From Thermoanaerobaculia bacterium (GTDB lineage Bacteria; Acidobacteriota; Thermoanaerobaculia; UBA5066), in the NCBI GenBank assembly GCA_963719225.1, contig CAVRAY010000001.1, positions 1,216,001-1,280,000 of the forward strand: DNA of 64,000 nucleotides, written 5' to 3'. Each line of letters begins with the position of its first letter. Position 1 is the stretch's first letter. Under the pieces are notes generated by a model. The model searched no databases. It saw only the letters and a program-made list of their open reading frames with translations, and was not told the DNA's origin. Of this stretch, positions 38,517-48,534 are shown one piece after another. Position numbers and translations under genes: made by a program.

Positions 38517-40375
38517 TCTGTCAGGTCTGCGGCGCGACGAACGACCTCGATCGCGAATACTGCATCAAGTGCCAGAGCAAGCTCCTCGTGGTTTCGGGAG
38601 CGCCCGAGGCGTACGAAGAGGCGACACCGCAGGAAGAGGGGGTCTCGCTGGATGAGCACCTCCTCGAGCGCGTGAGCATCCTCGAGGAGATCGTCAAGCG
38701 CAGCGCCGAGACGCTGAAGATGCTCCTCGACGCCCTGAACCGGCAGGAAAAGAACGGCTTCGTCGCGCAGACCGGCCTCCTGGCCCTCAAGGACCTTCTC
38801 GAGAGGAAGGGCCTCCTCGTGGAGGAGGAGCTGCTCGATCTCTGGGAGACGCGCGTCGACCACCACATGACCGCGATGGAGAAGCGCGAGCGCTTCCTCG
38901 AGCGCAAGGAGCGGATGCTCGGCGGCTTCTCGGGAGACCGGCGGGATCGCTTCAAAGGGCTGCTTTCGGACGCCGAGTTCGCGTTCTACGCGCTCGATCC
39001 GGACAAGGCGGTGAAGGTGCTCGAGGAGGCGTACCGCCTGGACCGGGACAACGCCGACCTCGCCTTCTTCCTGGGCGAGACGTACTTCAACGAGGGCGAG
39101 ACCGACCGGGCGGGGGCGATGCTCCGCGCCGTTCTCGCGAAGGAGCCGAAACACTTCGACGCGCTCGTGTACGTCGGCGTTCTCGAGAACGAGGCGGGCC
39201 GCACGGATCGCGCGCTCGAGGTCCTGAAGGAAGCCGTCGCCGTCAGGCCCGACGCGTTCCTGCCTCACTTCACGCTCGGAGCGCTTTACGCGCTTCAGGG
39301 CCAGCTCGCACGGGCGGAGACCTTCCTGAAGAAGGCGGTCGAGCTCGACGAGAATGCGCAGGCGTTTTCTCTCCTCGGCACGATCGCGTACGAGCGCGGC
39401 CGGCTCACCGAGGCGATCGAGGCCTTCCAGAAGGCCGTGCGCCTGGATCCCGACGACGAGGACGCGCTCTACCAGCTCGGCCTCTGCTATCTCGACCGCG
39501 GGTGGACGCAGAAGGCGGCGGAACGGTTCCAGTCCGCTCTCGAGCTGAACCCGAACCGGATCGAATACCAGGAAGCGTCGAAGCTCCTGGCGCCGTCCGG
39601 GGGTCGCGCGCTCCCGAAAGTGACCGGCGAGGCGGCACAGCTCGCCCGCAGGGCCGAAGCGGCCGCGGGGCGCGACCCGCAGAAGGCGATGGCGCTCTAC
39701 CGCCGCGCGCTGAAGCTCGACCCGGAGAACCCGACGCTCCTCATCGCACATGCTCTCCTCTGCTCGGCCGTGGGCAGGACGTCCGACGCGGTCGCCACGA
39801 CGCGGCGGGTCCTCTCCCGCGCGCCGGGCGAGATGGTCGCCGCGGCCGCCTACACGACTCTCCTCGAAGCGCTCAAGGCCGAAGGGAAGTTCCGCGAGGG
39901 AAGCCGCGTCGCCGAGGAGATGCTCGGGGCGGTGAAGTCCAACTACGCGCGCTCGATCGCGTACTTCCAGCGGGCCACGACGCTCGCGGAGATGGGGGAG
40001 GACCTCGACGCGGCGCTGGAGCTCGCTGATCTCTCGCTCAAGCTCTCGCCGAAGGAAATGCGGCAGTTCCCGCTCGCGGCCAAGGGCTGGGTCCACTACA
40101 AGCGGCGCGAATACGACCGCGCCGTGGAATGTCTGCGCCGCGCCACGGACCTCGGCGAGACGCCGACCTCTCTCACTCACCTGGGCCTCGCGTACCTCGC
40201 GCTCGGAGACGCGCGGGCCGCGCGACAGGCCTTCGGGCGGGCGAAGCGGCGCGACACGCGAGTCTCGGCAGGGCGCGGCCTCGAGGCGAAGATGCTCGAG
40301 CAGATCCGGCGGAACCTCCAGCTCACGGAGAAGCTCGCAAACCGCGGGCGCACGCGCCCGCGCGACCGCCGCTGA
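38513..40375 (+). CDS. TPR repeat protein with N-terminal zinc ribbon
   Basis: CQVC...CIKC, coiled coil, many TPRs; GTGA overlap with the upstream gene. Confidence 0.85.
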
Positions 40376-40389
40376 AGCGCATTTCCCGC

Positions 40390-40448
40390 TTGACACGTCA
40401 GCTCGACTGGCGATAGCGTCCAAAAACATACCGAGTGTTCGGGATTTT
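40390..40448 (+). promoter_or_regulatory. Promoter (TTGACA-N18-TAGCGT) plus imperfect palindromic operator
   Basis: -35 at 40390 and -10 at 40414, followed by AAAAACATACCGAGTGTTCGGGATTTT (CCGA-N4-TCGG core). Confidence 0.55.
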
Positions 40449-40477
40449 GCCGCTCGACGGCGATGGAGGAGGACGAC

Positions 40478-43285
40478 ATGGTGAATTGCACGAGGATCGC
40501 GCGCACGGTGAGATTTCTCGCGCCCGCCGCCGCCCTGGTCCTGGTGGTCGCGGCGTTCTTCGCGGCGTCCCCAGCCGGAGCCCAGACGGCGACCGCGACA
40601 CTCGACGTCGTGGCGACGGACGGCGCGGGCGGCCCGCTGCCCGGCGTCACCGTCGAGGTGAAGCGTCCGGAGACGGGCCTTTCGCGGACCGGGGTCACCG
40701 GGAGCGGCGGCCTCGCGTCTTTCCCCGCGTTGCCCCCCGGTACGTACGACGTCGCCGTGAAGCTCGCGGGCTTCGAGACCGTCGAGCAGAAGGGCCTCGT
40801 CCTCCTCGTCGGCCAGAGCGCGCGAGTCAGCGCGACACTGCAGGGCAAGAGGAGCGAGACGGTGAGCGTCGTCGCCTCGGCGCCGCTCGTGGACGTCTAC
40901 AAGACGGACTCCTCGACGAACATCACGCCACAGCTGATCCGCGACCTCCCGACGCCGGACCGCGACTTCCAGAAGCTGGCCTTCATCGCACCCGGCGTCG
41001 AGCGCGAGCGCGGCGGGTTCCGCTTCGTGACGGGAGGCCCGGTCATCGGCGGAGGCGGCAACGCGAGCCAGCAGACGATTCTGGTGGACGGCGTCGACTT
41101 CACCGACCCGGCTCTCGGCCAGGCCAAGACGAAGTTCTCGCAGGACGCGATCTCCGAGTTCCGCGTCATCAACAACCGGTTCGACGCAGAGATCGGCGGC
41201 TCCTCGGGAGGTGCGCTGTCGATCCTGACGAAGACCGGCACGAACACGTTCGCCGGGTCGCTCTTCGGCTTCTACCGCGGCGGCGCGCTGCGCGCGAAAG
41301 GCGCCGGGGAAGAGGACTCCGGAATCAGCTATCTCCGCGACCAGTTCGGGTTCACGGCCGGCGGACCGATCGTGAAGGACCAGACGCATTTCTTCGGCTC
41401 CTTCGAGCAGATCAACTCGACGACGGCGATCCTCGTCCGGCCGCAGGGCGCGTTCAAGGACGCGCTGAAGGCGGACGTCAAGCACCCGTTCCACCAGTCT
41501 CTCGGGTACGCGGGCGTCGACCAGACGCTGTCCGACTCGAACAATCTCACGGCGAAGGTCGAGTACGAGCGGTATCGCGAGAACAACTTCCGCGTCGGAG
41601 GCGTCGCCGACGTGACGAACGGGCAGGAGCTCAATCGTGACAACCTCAACGTCACGGTCGGAGATACGGCCGTCCTTGGCTCGACGACGGTCAACGAGCT
41701 CCGCGCGCAGTATGGAAAGAGGAAGTACGACGAGCCGCCGAACTCGACGGCGCCCACCGAGTGGTACACGCGGGGAACGACCCTCACAACCGGCGGAAGC
41801 CTCTACGGGGACCTCTTCGGCGACGGGAACCAGTGGGAGCTGCGCGACACGCTCAACCTCCACCTCGGGGGCAAGACGGGCACGCACGACGTGAAGATCG
41901 GCGCGGCGTTCCAGCGCGTCGTGGACGAGTCGAACATCCCCGTGTATTCGCCCGGGCTCTTCTACTACCTCGGGGACACGAAGGCCCTTCTCTTCGCGTA
42001 CCTGTACGGCGTCGGCTCCGCGGACGTCACGGCGAACACGAACCGGATCGCGGCGTTCGTCCAGGACGACTGGAAGCCGATCTCGAACCTTTCCGTGAGT
42101 CTTGGCGTACGGTACGACCTCGACACGAACGCCAACAACCCGGACTTCAAGCAGCCGGTCCTCGGCATCGACGGGCGCAAGGTGGATTCGACGAACATCC
42201 AGCCGCGCCTCGGCTTTTCGTACGACATCGCCGGGAACGGCAAGTACGTCGCGCGCGGGGGTGTGGGAATCTTCACGGGTCGTTATCTGCTGGTCCCCCT
42301 TTTCACGGAGCTCCAGCAGAACGGCATCACGGGCCGCATCACGTACACGAACGCGAATGGAGCTCTCCTCGGCTTCCCGCAGTTCACGCTCGATCCGAAC
42401 AACCCGGCGAACACGGGCATCCGGTCCAAGCCCGCGATTGGTCTCATGGCGCCCGAGCTGAAGGCGCCGCAGTCCACGCAGGCGACGCTCGGCTTCACGA
42501 CGCGCCTCGGAAAGACGGGTCTCTACGCCGACGTCGAGGGCGTCTACATGAAGGGCCGCAACGAGATCGCGGTCCGCGACGTGAACTGGAGCGGAGACGC
42601 TACCCACATCCGCCCGATCGCGGTGTACGACCAGGTCAACGAGTACACGAACGACGGCCGGTCCGAGTACAAGGCCCTCGTCTTCGCCGTGAACGGTAGT
42701 CTGAAGGGCGGCCACGTGATCGCAGCCTCGGTTACCTTCGCGAGCAAGCACAACATCAACGACGACTTCAGCCCCGAGTTCCCGACGGGCTACCCGAGCG
42801 ATCCGGCGAACATGGAGGCCGAGTACGGGCGGGCGCGGTCGTACGAGCGCATGCGCATCGTGGTGTCGGGCGTGGCCCGGCTGCCGTGGCAGATCTCCGT
42901 CGCGCCGGTCTTCGAATACGGCACCGGCCAGCCGTGGACGCGGCGCCGCGGCTACGACTTCAATGGCGACGGCAAGACCGGCGACCGCCTGCCGGGCGTG
43001 GACCGCTTCGGTGAGGACGGCCCGCGCTACAGCAGCCTGAACCTTCGGGTCGCCAAGGCGGTGCCTCTCTCCGGGATTAGCATCGACGTCATCGCCGAGG
43101 TCTTCAACCTCTTCAACACGGTCAACTACGACGTCACGACCATCGACAACGCGGAATTCCTGTCAGGGCCGACGGCCGCGAACCCGGCGCTCCCCCCCGT
43201 GACGAACTCGCACTACGGGGTCTACACGTCGACGCTGCCGTCCTCTTCGCGCGAGGTCCAGCTCGGCCTGAGGGTGAGCTTCTGA
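40478..43285 (+). CDS. TonB-dependent receptor (Oar-like, N-terminal carboxypeptidase-regulatory-like domain)
   Basis: Signal peptide, LPGVTV...LPPGTY, VDGVD, AISEFRV, GGPIVKD, FVQDDW, C-terminal GLRVSF; GGAGGAGG RBS. Confidence 0.93.
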   Translation: MVNCTRIARTVRFLAPAAALVLVVAAFFAASPAGAQTATATLDVVATDGAGGPLPGVTVEVKRPETGLSRTGVTGSGGLASFPALPPGTYDVAVKLAGFETVEQKGLVLLVGQSARVSATLQGKRSETVSVVASAPLVDVYKTDSSTNITPQLIRDLPTPDRDFQKLAFIAPGVERERGGFRFVTGGPVIGGGGNASQQTILVDGVDFTDPALGQAKTKFSQDAISEFRVINNRFDAEIGGSSGGALSILTKTGTNTFAGSLFGFYRGGALRAKGAGEEDSGISYLRDQFGFTAGGPIVKDQTHFFGSFEQINSTTAILVRPQGAFKDALKADVKHPFHQSLGYAGVDQTLSDSNNLTAKVEYERYRENNFRVGGVADVTNGQELNRDNLNVTVGDTAVLGSTTVNELRAQYGKRKYDEPPNSTAPTEWYTRGTTLTTGGSLYGDLFGDGNQWELRDTLNLHLGGKTGTHDVKIGAAFQRVVDESNIPVYSPGLFYYLGDTKALLFAYLYGVGSADVTANTNRIAAFVQDDWKPISNLSVSLGVRYDLDTNANNPDFKQPVLGIDGRKVDSTNIQPRLGFSYDIAGNGKYVARGGVGIFTGRYLLVPLFTELQQNGITGRITYTNANGALLGFPQFTLDPNNPANTGIRSKPAIGLMAPELKAPQSTQATLGFTTRLGKTGLYADVEGVYMKGRNEIAVRDVNWSGDATHIRPIAVYDQVNEYTNDGRSEYKALVFAVNGSLKGGHVIAASVTFASKHNINDDFSPEFPTGYPSDPANMEAEYGRARSYERMRIVVSGVARLPWQISVAPVFEYGTGQPWTRRRGYDFNGDGKTGDRLPGVDRFGEDGPRYSSLNLRVAKAVPLSGISIDVIAEVFNLFNTVNYDVTTIDNAEFLSGPTAANPALPPVTNSHYGVYTSTLPSSSREVQLGLRVSF

Positions 43286-44064
43286 ACGATCCCGGAGGCG
43301 GCCGCGTCGCCGTCGTGACGGGCGGCGCGGCCGGCATCGGCCGCGCCACCGCCCTCCGTTTCGCGCGGGGCGGCGCGATCGTGTCGGCGTGGGACGTGGA
43401 CGAGAAGGGCCTCGCGGCGCTCGCCGACGAGCTCAAGGCCGCGGGCGCGCCCGACGCCGAGGGCCGGCAGGTGGACGTCACGGACGCTGCGGCCGTGGAG
43501 AGCGCCGTAGCAGGCGTCGTCGCGCGCTTCACGCGGCTCGACGTCCTCGTGAACAACGCCGGAATCGTCCGCGACGCCCAGCTCGTCAAGTGGAAGGACG
43601 GGGCGCCGGTCTCGACGATGTCAGAAGCCGACTTCGACAAGGTCGTTTCCGTGAACCTCAAGGGTGTCTTCCTCTGCGCGCGCGCCGCGGCCCCGCACAT
43701 GATCCGGCAGGGTGCGGGTGTCATCCTGAACGCCTCGTCCGTCGTCGGCCTCTACGGCAACTTCGGCCAGACGAACTACGCCGCGACGAAGGCGGGCGTG
43801 ATCGCGATGACGCAGACCTGGGCGCGCGAGCTCGGGAAGTTCGGCGTGCGCGTGAACGCGATCGCCCCGGGCTTCATCGCGACGGAGATCCTGAAAGCCA
43901 TGCCCGAGAAGGTCATCGCGGGAATGGTCGCGAGGACCCCGCTGGGCCGGATGGGCAGGCCGGAGGACATCGCCGAGGCCTATTTCTGGCTCGCGTCCGA
44001 CGCCGCCGCGTTCGTGCACGGCGCGACCCTCTCGGTGGACGGCGGGCTCGTGGTGGGGACGTGA
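43282..44064 (+). CDS. SDR family 3-oxoacyl-ACP/CoA reductase (FabG-like), probable CTG start
   Basis: GRVAVVTGGAAGIG, NNAG, YAATK, NAIAPG; CTGA overlap with the receptor stop. Confidence 0.92.
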   Translation: MNDPGGGRVAVVTGGAAGIGRATALRFARGGAIVSAWDVDEKGLAALADELKAAGAPDAEGRQVDVTDAAAVESAVAGVVARFTRLDVLVNNAGIVRDAQLVKWKDGAPVSTMSEADFDKVVSVNLKGVFLCARAAAPHMIRQGAGVILNASSVVGLYGNFGQTNYAATKAGVIAMTQTWARELGKFGVRVNAIAPGFIATEILKAMPEKVIAGMVARTPLGRMGRPEDIAEAYFWLASDAAAFVHGATLSVDGGLVVGT

Positions 44065-45065
44065 CCGCGAACGGCCGCTACGCACGCATCGTGTCGACCG
44101 GAAGCTACGTGCCCGAGATCGAGACCTCGAACGACGCGCTTCGCGCGCGCTTCGACGCGACCGCTCCGGATTTCGTGGACAAGATGGAGGCGGGCAGCGG
44201 CATCCTCACCCGGTGGCAGGCGCCTGAGGACTGGGCGACCTCGGATCTCGCCGTGCGCGCGGCGCGGAAGGCTCTCGAGAACGCCGGGCGTTCGCCCGAG
44301 GACGTGGACCTCATCCTTCTCGGCACGGACTCGCCGGACTTCATCACGCCCGCTACCTCGGTCGTCGTCCAGCACAAGCTCGGCGCCAAGAACGCCGGCA
44401 CGTTCGACGTGGGATGCGCCTGCGCCTCGTTTCCAACCGGCCTCTCGACCGCGGCGGGACTCATCGCGACGAACCCGGCGCTCAAGACGGTTCTCGTGAT
44501 CGGCGCCTACATGATGCGCAAGCTCACGGACCCGAAGGACCCGATGATCTTCTTCTTCGGGGACGGAGCGGGCGCCGCCGTCCTCGAGGGCGGCGACGCG
44601 CCGGGGTTCGTGACGTCGGCATTCCGCGCCGACGGCGCCTTCCACCGCAACTGGGCCATCTTCTCCGGCGGCACCGCGGAGCCCGCCAGCGCGGAAGCCT
44701 TGCGCGCGGGCCGCACAACCGTGAAACTCGTCGAGCGCTACCCGCCGGAGCTCAATCACGAAGGCTGGCCGCGGCTCGTGCGCCAGATGGCGACGCAGGG
44801 GGAGTTCTCGGTGTCCGACATCGACCTCGTCCTTTTCACGCAGGTTCGAAAGCCTTCGATCGATCTCGTCATGAAGGACCTCGGCCTCCCCATGGAGAAG
44901 ACGCACACCGTGATGGAGAAGTGGGGCTACACGGGTTCGGCCAGCGTCGCGATGGCTCTCGACGACGCGCGCGCCCAAGGCAAGGCCCGCCACGGAGACC
45001 TCGTCGTGCTCGTCGCGTCGGGCGTGGGCTACAACATGGCCGGCACGGTCTTCCGCATGACCTGA
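44061..45065 (+). CDS. FabH-like ketosynthase III family protein with altered His/Asn residues
   Basis: TGSYVPE, SGI, GCAC (catalytic Cys), FGDGAGA, FTQVR, GYTGSAS, SGVG. Confidence 0.88.
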   Translation: MTANGRYARIVSTGSYVPEIETSNDALRARFDATAPDFVDKMEAGSGILTRWQAPEDWATSDLAVRAARKALENAGRSPEDVDLILLGTDSPDFITPATSVVVQHKLGAKNAGTFDVGCACASFPTGLSTAAGLIATNPALKTVLVIGAYMMRKLTDPKDPMIFFFGDGAGAAVLEGGDAPGFVTSAFRADGAFHRNWAIFSGGTAEPASAEALRAGRTTVKLVERYPPELNHEGWPRLVRQMATQGEFSVSDIDLVLFTQVRKPSIDLVMKDLGLPMEKTHTVMEKWGYTGSASVAMALDDARAQGKARHGDLVVLVASGVGYNMAGTVFRMT

Positions 45066-45076
45066 GGCTTCGCCCC

Positions 45077-46045
45077 ATGTCGCGTTTTCGCAAGGTCCTC
45101 CTCGCGCTCGTCCTGCTCCTCGCCGCGGTCGGCGCGGCGGCGGGACTCCTGTTCTGGAAGAGGCCCATCGCGACGCTCGCATGGCTGGGCAGGTGCCGCC
45201 TCGAGGCCACCGGCTTCACGAAGCTGAAGGTGGCGTCCGCGGCGGGGGTCCAGACCGTCTTCCGCGGCGGCTCCGGGCCGGTCGTCGTCCTTCTCCACGG
45301 CGCCGGCGACCAGGCCGGCGCCTGGTCACGGGTGGCACCTTCACTCTCGAAGAGCTTCACGCTGATCCTCCCGGATCTCGCGGGCCACGGCGAGAGTGCA
45401 CCGGCGCGCGGCCCGCTGCCGCTCGGAGTGCTCCTCCAGGGCCTCGACGGGATCCTCGAGCGCCAGGTTCCGGCCGGCAAGGTCACGCTCGTCGGGAACT
45501 CTCTCGGCGCCTGGATGGCGGCGCTGTGGGCGAAGGAGCATCCCACGCGCGTGGAGCACCTCGTCTTCGTGAACGGAGGGCCGATCCGCGGGGAGCGCAC
45601 GGATCTGACGCTCATGCCGCGCAACCGGACCCAGGCCGACGCGCTTCTCTACGCGCTTCGGGACCCGACGAGCCCGGTCGTTCCGACCTTCGTCGTGGAC
45701 GACATCATCCGCGTTTCGAACGAGGGGCCGATCGCCCGCCTCGCGGCGGACGCGAAAGGGATGGAGACCTACCTGCTCGACGGGAAGCTCGATACGTTCA
45801 CGATTCCCGTCGACCTTCTCTGGGGGGCTTCCGACAAGCTGCTCCCGGTCGCGTGGGCCGAGCGCCTCCAGGCGCAGCTGCCCACGGCGCGCCTGACGAA
45901 GATCGACCGGTGCGGCCACGTGCCTCAGCAGGAATGCCCCGAGGCGTTCTCGTCGGCTCTCTCGAAGATCCTGAAGGACCCGCTTCCGGCTCCTACGGTC
46001 TCCTCTCCGCCCGCCAAGCCCGTCAGAAGGCCGGCAGCTCCGTGA
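45077..46045 (+). CDS. Alpha/beta hydrolase with N-terminal signal/TM
   Basis: LLHG, DLAGHG, GNSLG, WGASD, GHVP. Confidence 0.88.
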   Translation: MSRFRKVLLALVLLLAAVGAAAGLLFWKRPIATLAWLGRCRLEATGFTKLKVASAAGVQTVFRGGSGPVVVLLHGAGDQAGAWSRVAPSLSKSFTLILPDLAGHGESAPARGPLPLGVLLQGLDGILERQVPAGKVTLVGNSLGAWMAALWAKEHPTRVEHLVFVNGGPIRGERTDLTLMPRNRTQADALLYALRDPTSPVVPTFVVDDIIRVSNEGPIARLAADAKGMETYLLDGKLDTFTIPVDLLWGASDKLLPVAWAERLQAQLPTARLTKIDRCGHVPQQECPEAFSSALSKILKDPLPAPTVSSPPAKPVRRPAAP

Positions 46046-48534
46046 TCCATGGCGACGTCCTCGGCGAGCGTGCGCGCCTGACGCCTTCCAAGACGGTGCT
46101 CGTCGAGGTCGCGACCGGGCGACGGTTTTCGTACGCCCAGATGGATGCCCGCGCGGCGGCGGCGGCTCGCGCGCTGACCGAAGGTTTCGGCGTAAAGAAA
46201 GGCGACCGCGTCGCGCTGCTCGCGCACAACCGCGTCGAATTTCTCGACGTGTTCTTCGCGGCGGCGAAAGCAGGATTCGTGCTCGTACCACTCAGCACGC
46301 GCCTCACCACGAACGAGCTCGCGGGAATCCTGGAAGACGCGCAACCGAAAGCGCTCATCTATGGGGCAGAGTTCGAAGAGACCGTTGAAGATTTGCTTAG
46401 AAGGGTAAAGGGATGCGAGGGCGTCGCCCTCGACGCTCCGGCGGAGCCCACGCACGGACGCCTCTCCACCTTCGAAGAAATCTCCTCTTCTCTTCCAGCG
46501 GCGCCTCCTGGCGCCGCTGCAGAATCTTCATCCTCTTCTCGTCCCGCGCCCGAAGATCTCCTCGCGCTCCTCTACACCTCGGGCACGACCGGCAAGCCGA
46601 AGGGCGTGATGGTGCCGCACCGGATGGTGGGGTGGAACGCGGTGAACACCGCCGTCTCCTGGCAGCTCCGCGAGGACGACGTCTCGCCGGTCTTCACGCC
46701 GCTCTACCACGCGGGCGGGCTGGGCGCGTTCCTGACTCCGATCTTCGCGATCGGCGGAACGATCGTGCTGCACGCCGGTTTCGACGTGGAGGAAGTCCTC
46801 GCGACGATCGGGCGGGAGCGCTGCACCGTCGTGCTGGGCGTTCCGACGATCTTCCGGATGCTCCGCGAGGCGAAAGGGTTCGCGGGAGCGGATTTTTCGA
46901 GCGTCCGCTGGTTCGCCAGCGGGGGAGCCCCCCTGCCCCTCGACCTGATCGAGGCGTGGCAGGCGCGGGGCGTCGTCCTGAAGCAGGGCTACGGCCTGAC
47001 CGAGGTGGGCGTGAACTGTTTCGCGATGACGGCCGAAGAATCCGTGAGAAAAGCCGGCTCGATCGGCAAGCCCCTGATGTTCACCGAGGCGCGGCTCCGA
47101 CTCGAGGACGGCCGCGAGGCGGGCACGGACGAGGTCGGGGAGCTCCTTCTCCGCGGGCCGCACGTCTGCCAGGGCTACTTTCGGAACCCCGAGGCCACGG
47201 CCGCCGCTCTCGACGCGGGCGGCTGGTTTCACACGGGCGATCTCGCCAAGCGCGACGCGGACGGCTTCTACACGATCGCAGGCCGCAGGAAGGACATGTT
47301 CATCTCGGGCGGCGTCAACGTCTATCCGGCCGAGGTGGAAGCAGTGCTCTTCCAGCACGCGGCAGTGAAGGACGTCGCGGTCGTCGGCGTGCCGGACGAC
47401 AAGTGGGGAGAGGTCGGCGTCGCATTCGTCGTGAGAAGAGAAGACGAAAAGAAAGACGAAGAGAAGATTTCCATGAAAGGGGAAGAGGGGACGGAGAAAA
47501 GTGAAGAGAAGATTTCTTTGAAGGGTGAAGAGGGGCATGGCGCCGCGGTGGCGGCGGAGCTCGCCGGGTTCGTCGCGTCCCGCCTCGCGAAATACAAGGT
47601 ACCGCGGGAATTCGTCTTCGTCGACGCCCTCCCACGCACGCCCTACGGGAAAGTCGTGAAGGGAGAGCTCCTCTCTTCTTACCTTTCTAAGAAATCTTCC
47701 TTTTCCTCTTCCTCTTCTCCTTCTCCCGTGCTGGCCCACCGCGTCGACGGAGAAGGCCCTCCGCTCCTGCTCCTGAACGGCGGCATGATGTCGATGTCCG
47801 CCTGGGAGCCCGTCGCCAGGCGGCTCGCTGAGCGCCATCGCGTCATTCGATGCGACTTCCGGGGACAGCTCCTCTCGCCCGGCATTCCACCCGCGCGCAT
47901 GGAAGGTCACGCGGATGATCTCGTGCGACTCCTCGATGCACTTTCGATTCCCCGCGTGGACGTCGTCGCCGCCTCGTTCGGCGCTTACGTCGGACTCCTC
48001 CTCGCAGCGCTCCATCCCGGACGCGTCGCCTCCGTCCTGGCCGCCACGGTCACGGATGCGGTCGACGGGAGCCTGGGCGAGGGGAGCGAGTCTTTGGCGG
48101 CCGCCGTGCGGGAGGCCGTCTCGGGCGGCGACCGGACGAAGGTCTACGACCACATCGTGTCGATCGCGTACTCGCCCGCGTGGCAGGAATCCCATCGGGA
48201 CGAGCTCTCGGCGCGCCGGGGGCAGGTGGGGCTTCTGCCGCAGGAGTGGTTCGCCGGCCTGGACGGCCTGCTCCGGGCGCTCGTCACCGTGGACCTCAAG
48301 CCGTACCTTTCGAAGATCACCTGCCCGGTTCTCGTCATCGCTGCGGAGCACGATTCAGCCATGCCGCTCGAGCGCACCGAGGCGGTTGCCGGGGCGATTC
48401 GGGGCGCGGACTTCGTGGTCGTGCCCGGCTCCGGGCACGCCGTGAGCGTGGAAAGGGAGGACGAGTTTCTCCTCATCGCGGAAAGGTTCCTCGAGAGGGT
48501 CGCGCGGCCGACCCACGCGACGGACGCGCGGTGA
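46042..48534 (+). CDS. Acyl-CoA synthetase (AMP-binding) fused to C-terminal alpha/beta hydrolase
   Basis: YTSGTTGKPKG, QGYGLTE, HTGD, GRRKDMFISGG, PRTPYGK, then LLNGG, DFRGQ, AASFG, SGH. Confidence 0.9.
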   Translation: MIHGDVLGERARLTPSKTVLVEVATGRRFSYAQMDARAAAAARALTEGFGVKKGDRVALLAHNRVEFLDVFFAAAKAGFVLVPLSTRLTTNELAGILEDAQPKALIYGAEFEETVEDLLRRVKGCEGVALDAPAEPTHGRLSTFEEISSSLPAAPPGAAAESSSSSRPAPEDLLALLYTSGTTGKPKGVMVPHRMVGWNAVNTAVSWQLREDDVSPVFTPLYHAGGLGAFLTPIFAIGGTIVLHAGFDVEEVLATIGRERCTVVLGVPTIFRMLREAKGFAGADFSSVRWFASGGAPLPLDLIEAWQARGVVLKQGYGLTEVGVNCFAMTAEESVRKAGSIGKPLMFTEARLRLEDGREAGTDEVGELLLRGPHVCQGYFRNPEATAAALDAGGWFHTGDLAKRDADGFYTIAGRRKDMFISGGVNVYPAEVEAVLFQHAAVKDVAVVGVPDDKWGEVGVAFVVRREDEKKDEEKISMKGEEGTEKSEEKISLKGEEGHGAAVAAELAGFVASRLAKYKVPREFVFVDALPRTPYGKVVKGELLSSYLSKKSSFSSSSSPSPVLAHRVDGEGPPLLLLNGGMMSMSAWEPVARRLAERHRVIRCDFRGQLLSPGIPPARMEGHADDLVRLLDALSIPRVDVVAASFGAYVGLLLAALHPGRVASVLAATVTDAVDGSLGEGSESLAAAVREAVSGGDRTKVYDHIVSIAYSPAWQESHRDELSARRGQVGLLPQEWFAGLDGLLRALVTVDLKPYLSKITCPVLVIAAEHDSAMPLERTEAVAGAIRGADFVVVPGSGHAVSVEREDEFLLIAERFLERVARPTHATDAR
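46387..46490. repeat. Convergent motif pair 5 (GAAGATTTGCTTAGAAGGGTAAAG; CTCCACCTTCGAAGAAATCTCCTCTTC)
   Basis: Cores 77 bp apart within the ligase CDS. Confidence 0.8.
47458..47727. repeat. Motif cluster 6: two tandem forward copies (45-bp period) plus a reverse copy with pyrimidine tail
   Basis: 47458-47490, 47503-47535, and 47673-47700 (CTCTTCTTACCTTTCTAAGAAATCTTCC). Confidence 0.85.

Noticed and set aside
47431-47540. Possible CRISPR-like repeat
   Set aside because: Only two units with a 12-nt gap, in frame within a gene, and no cas genes in the window.
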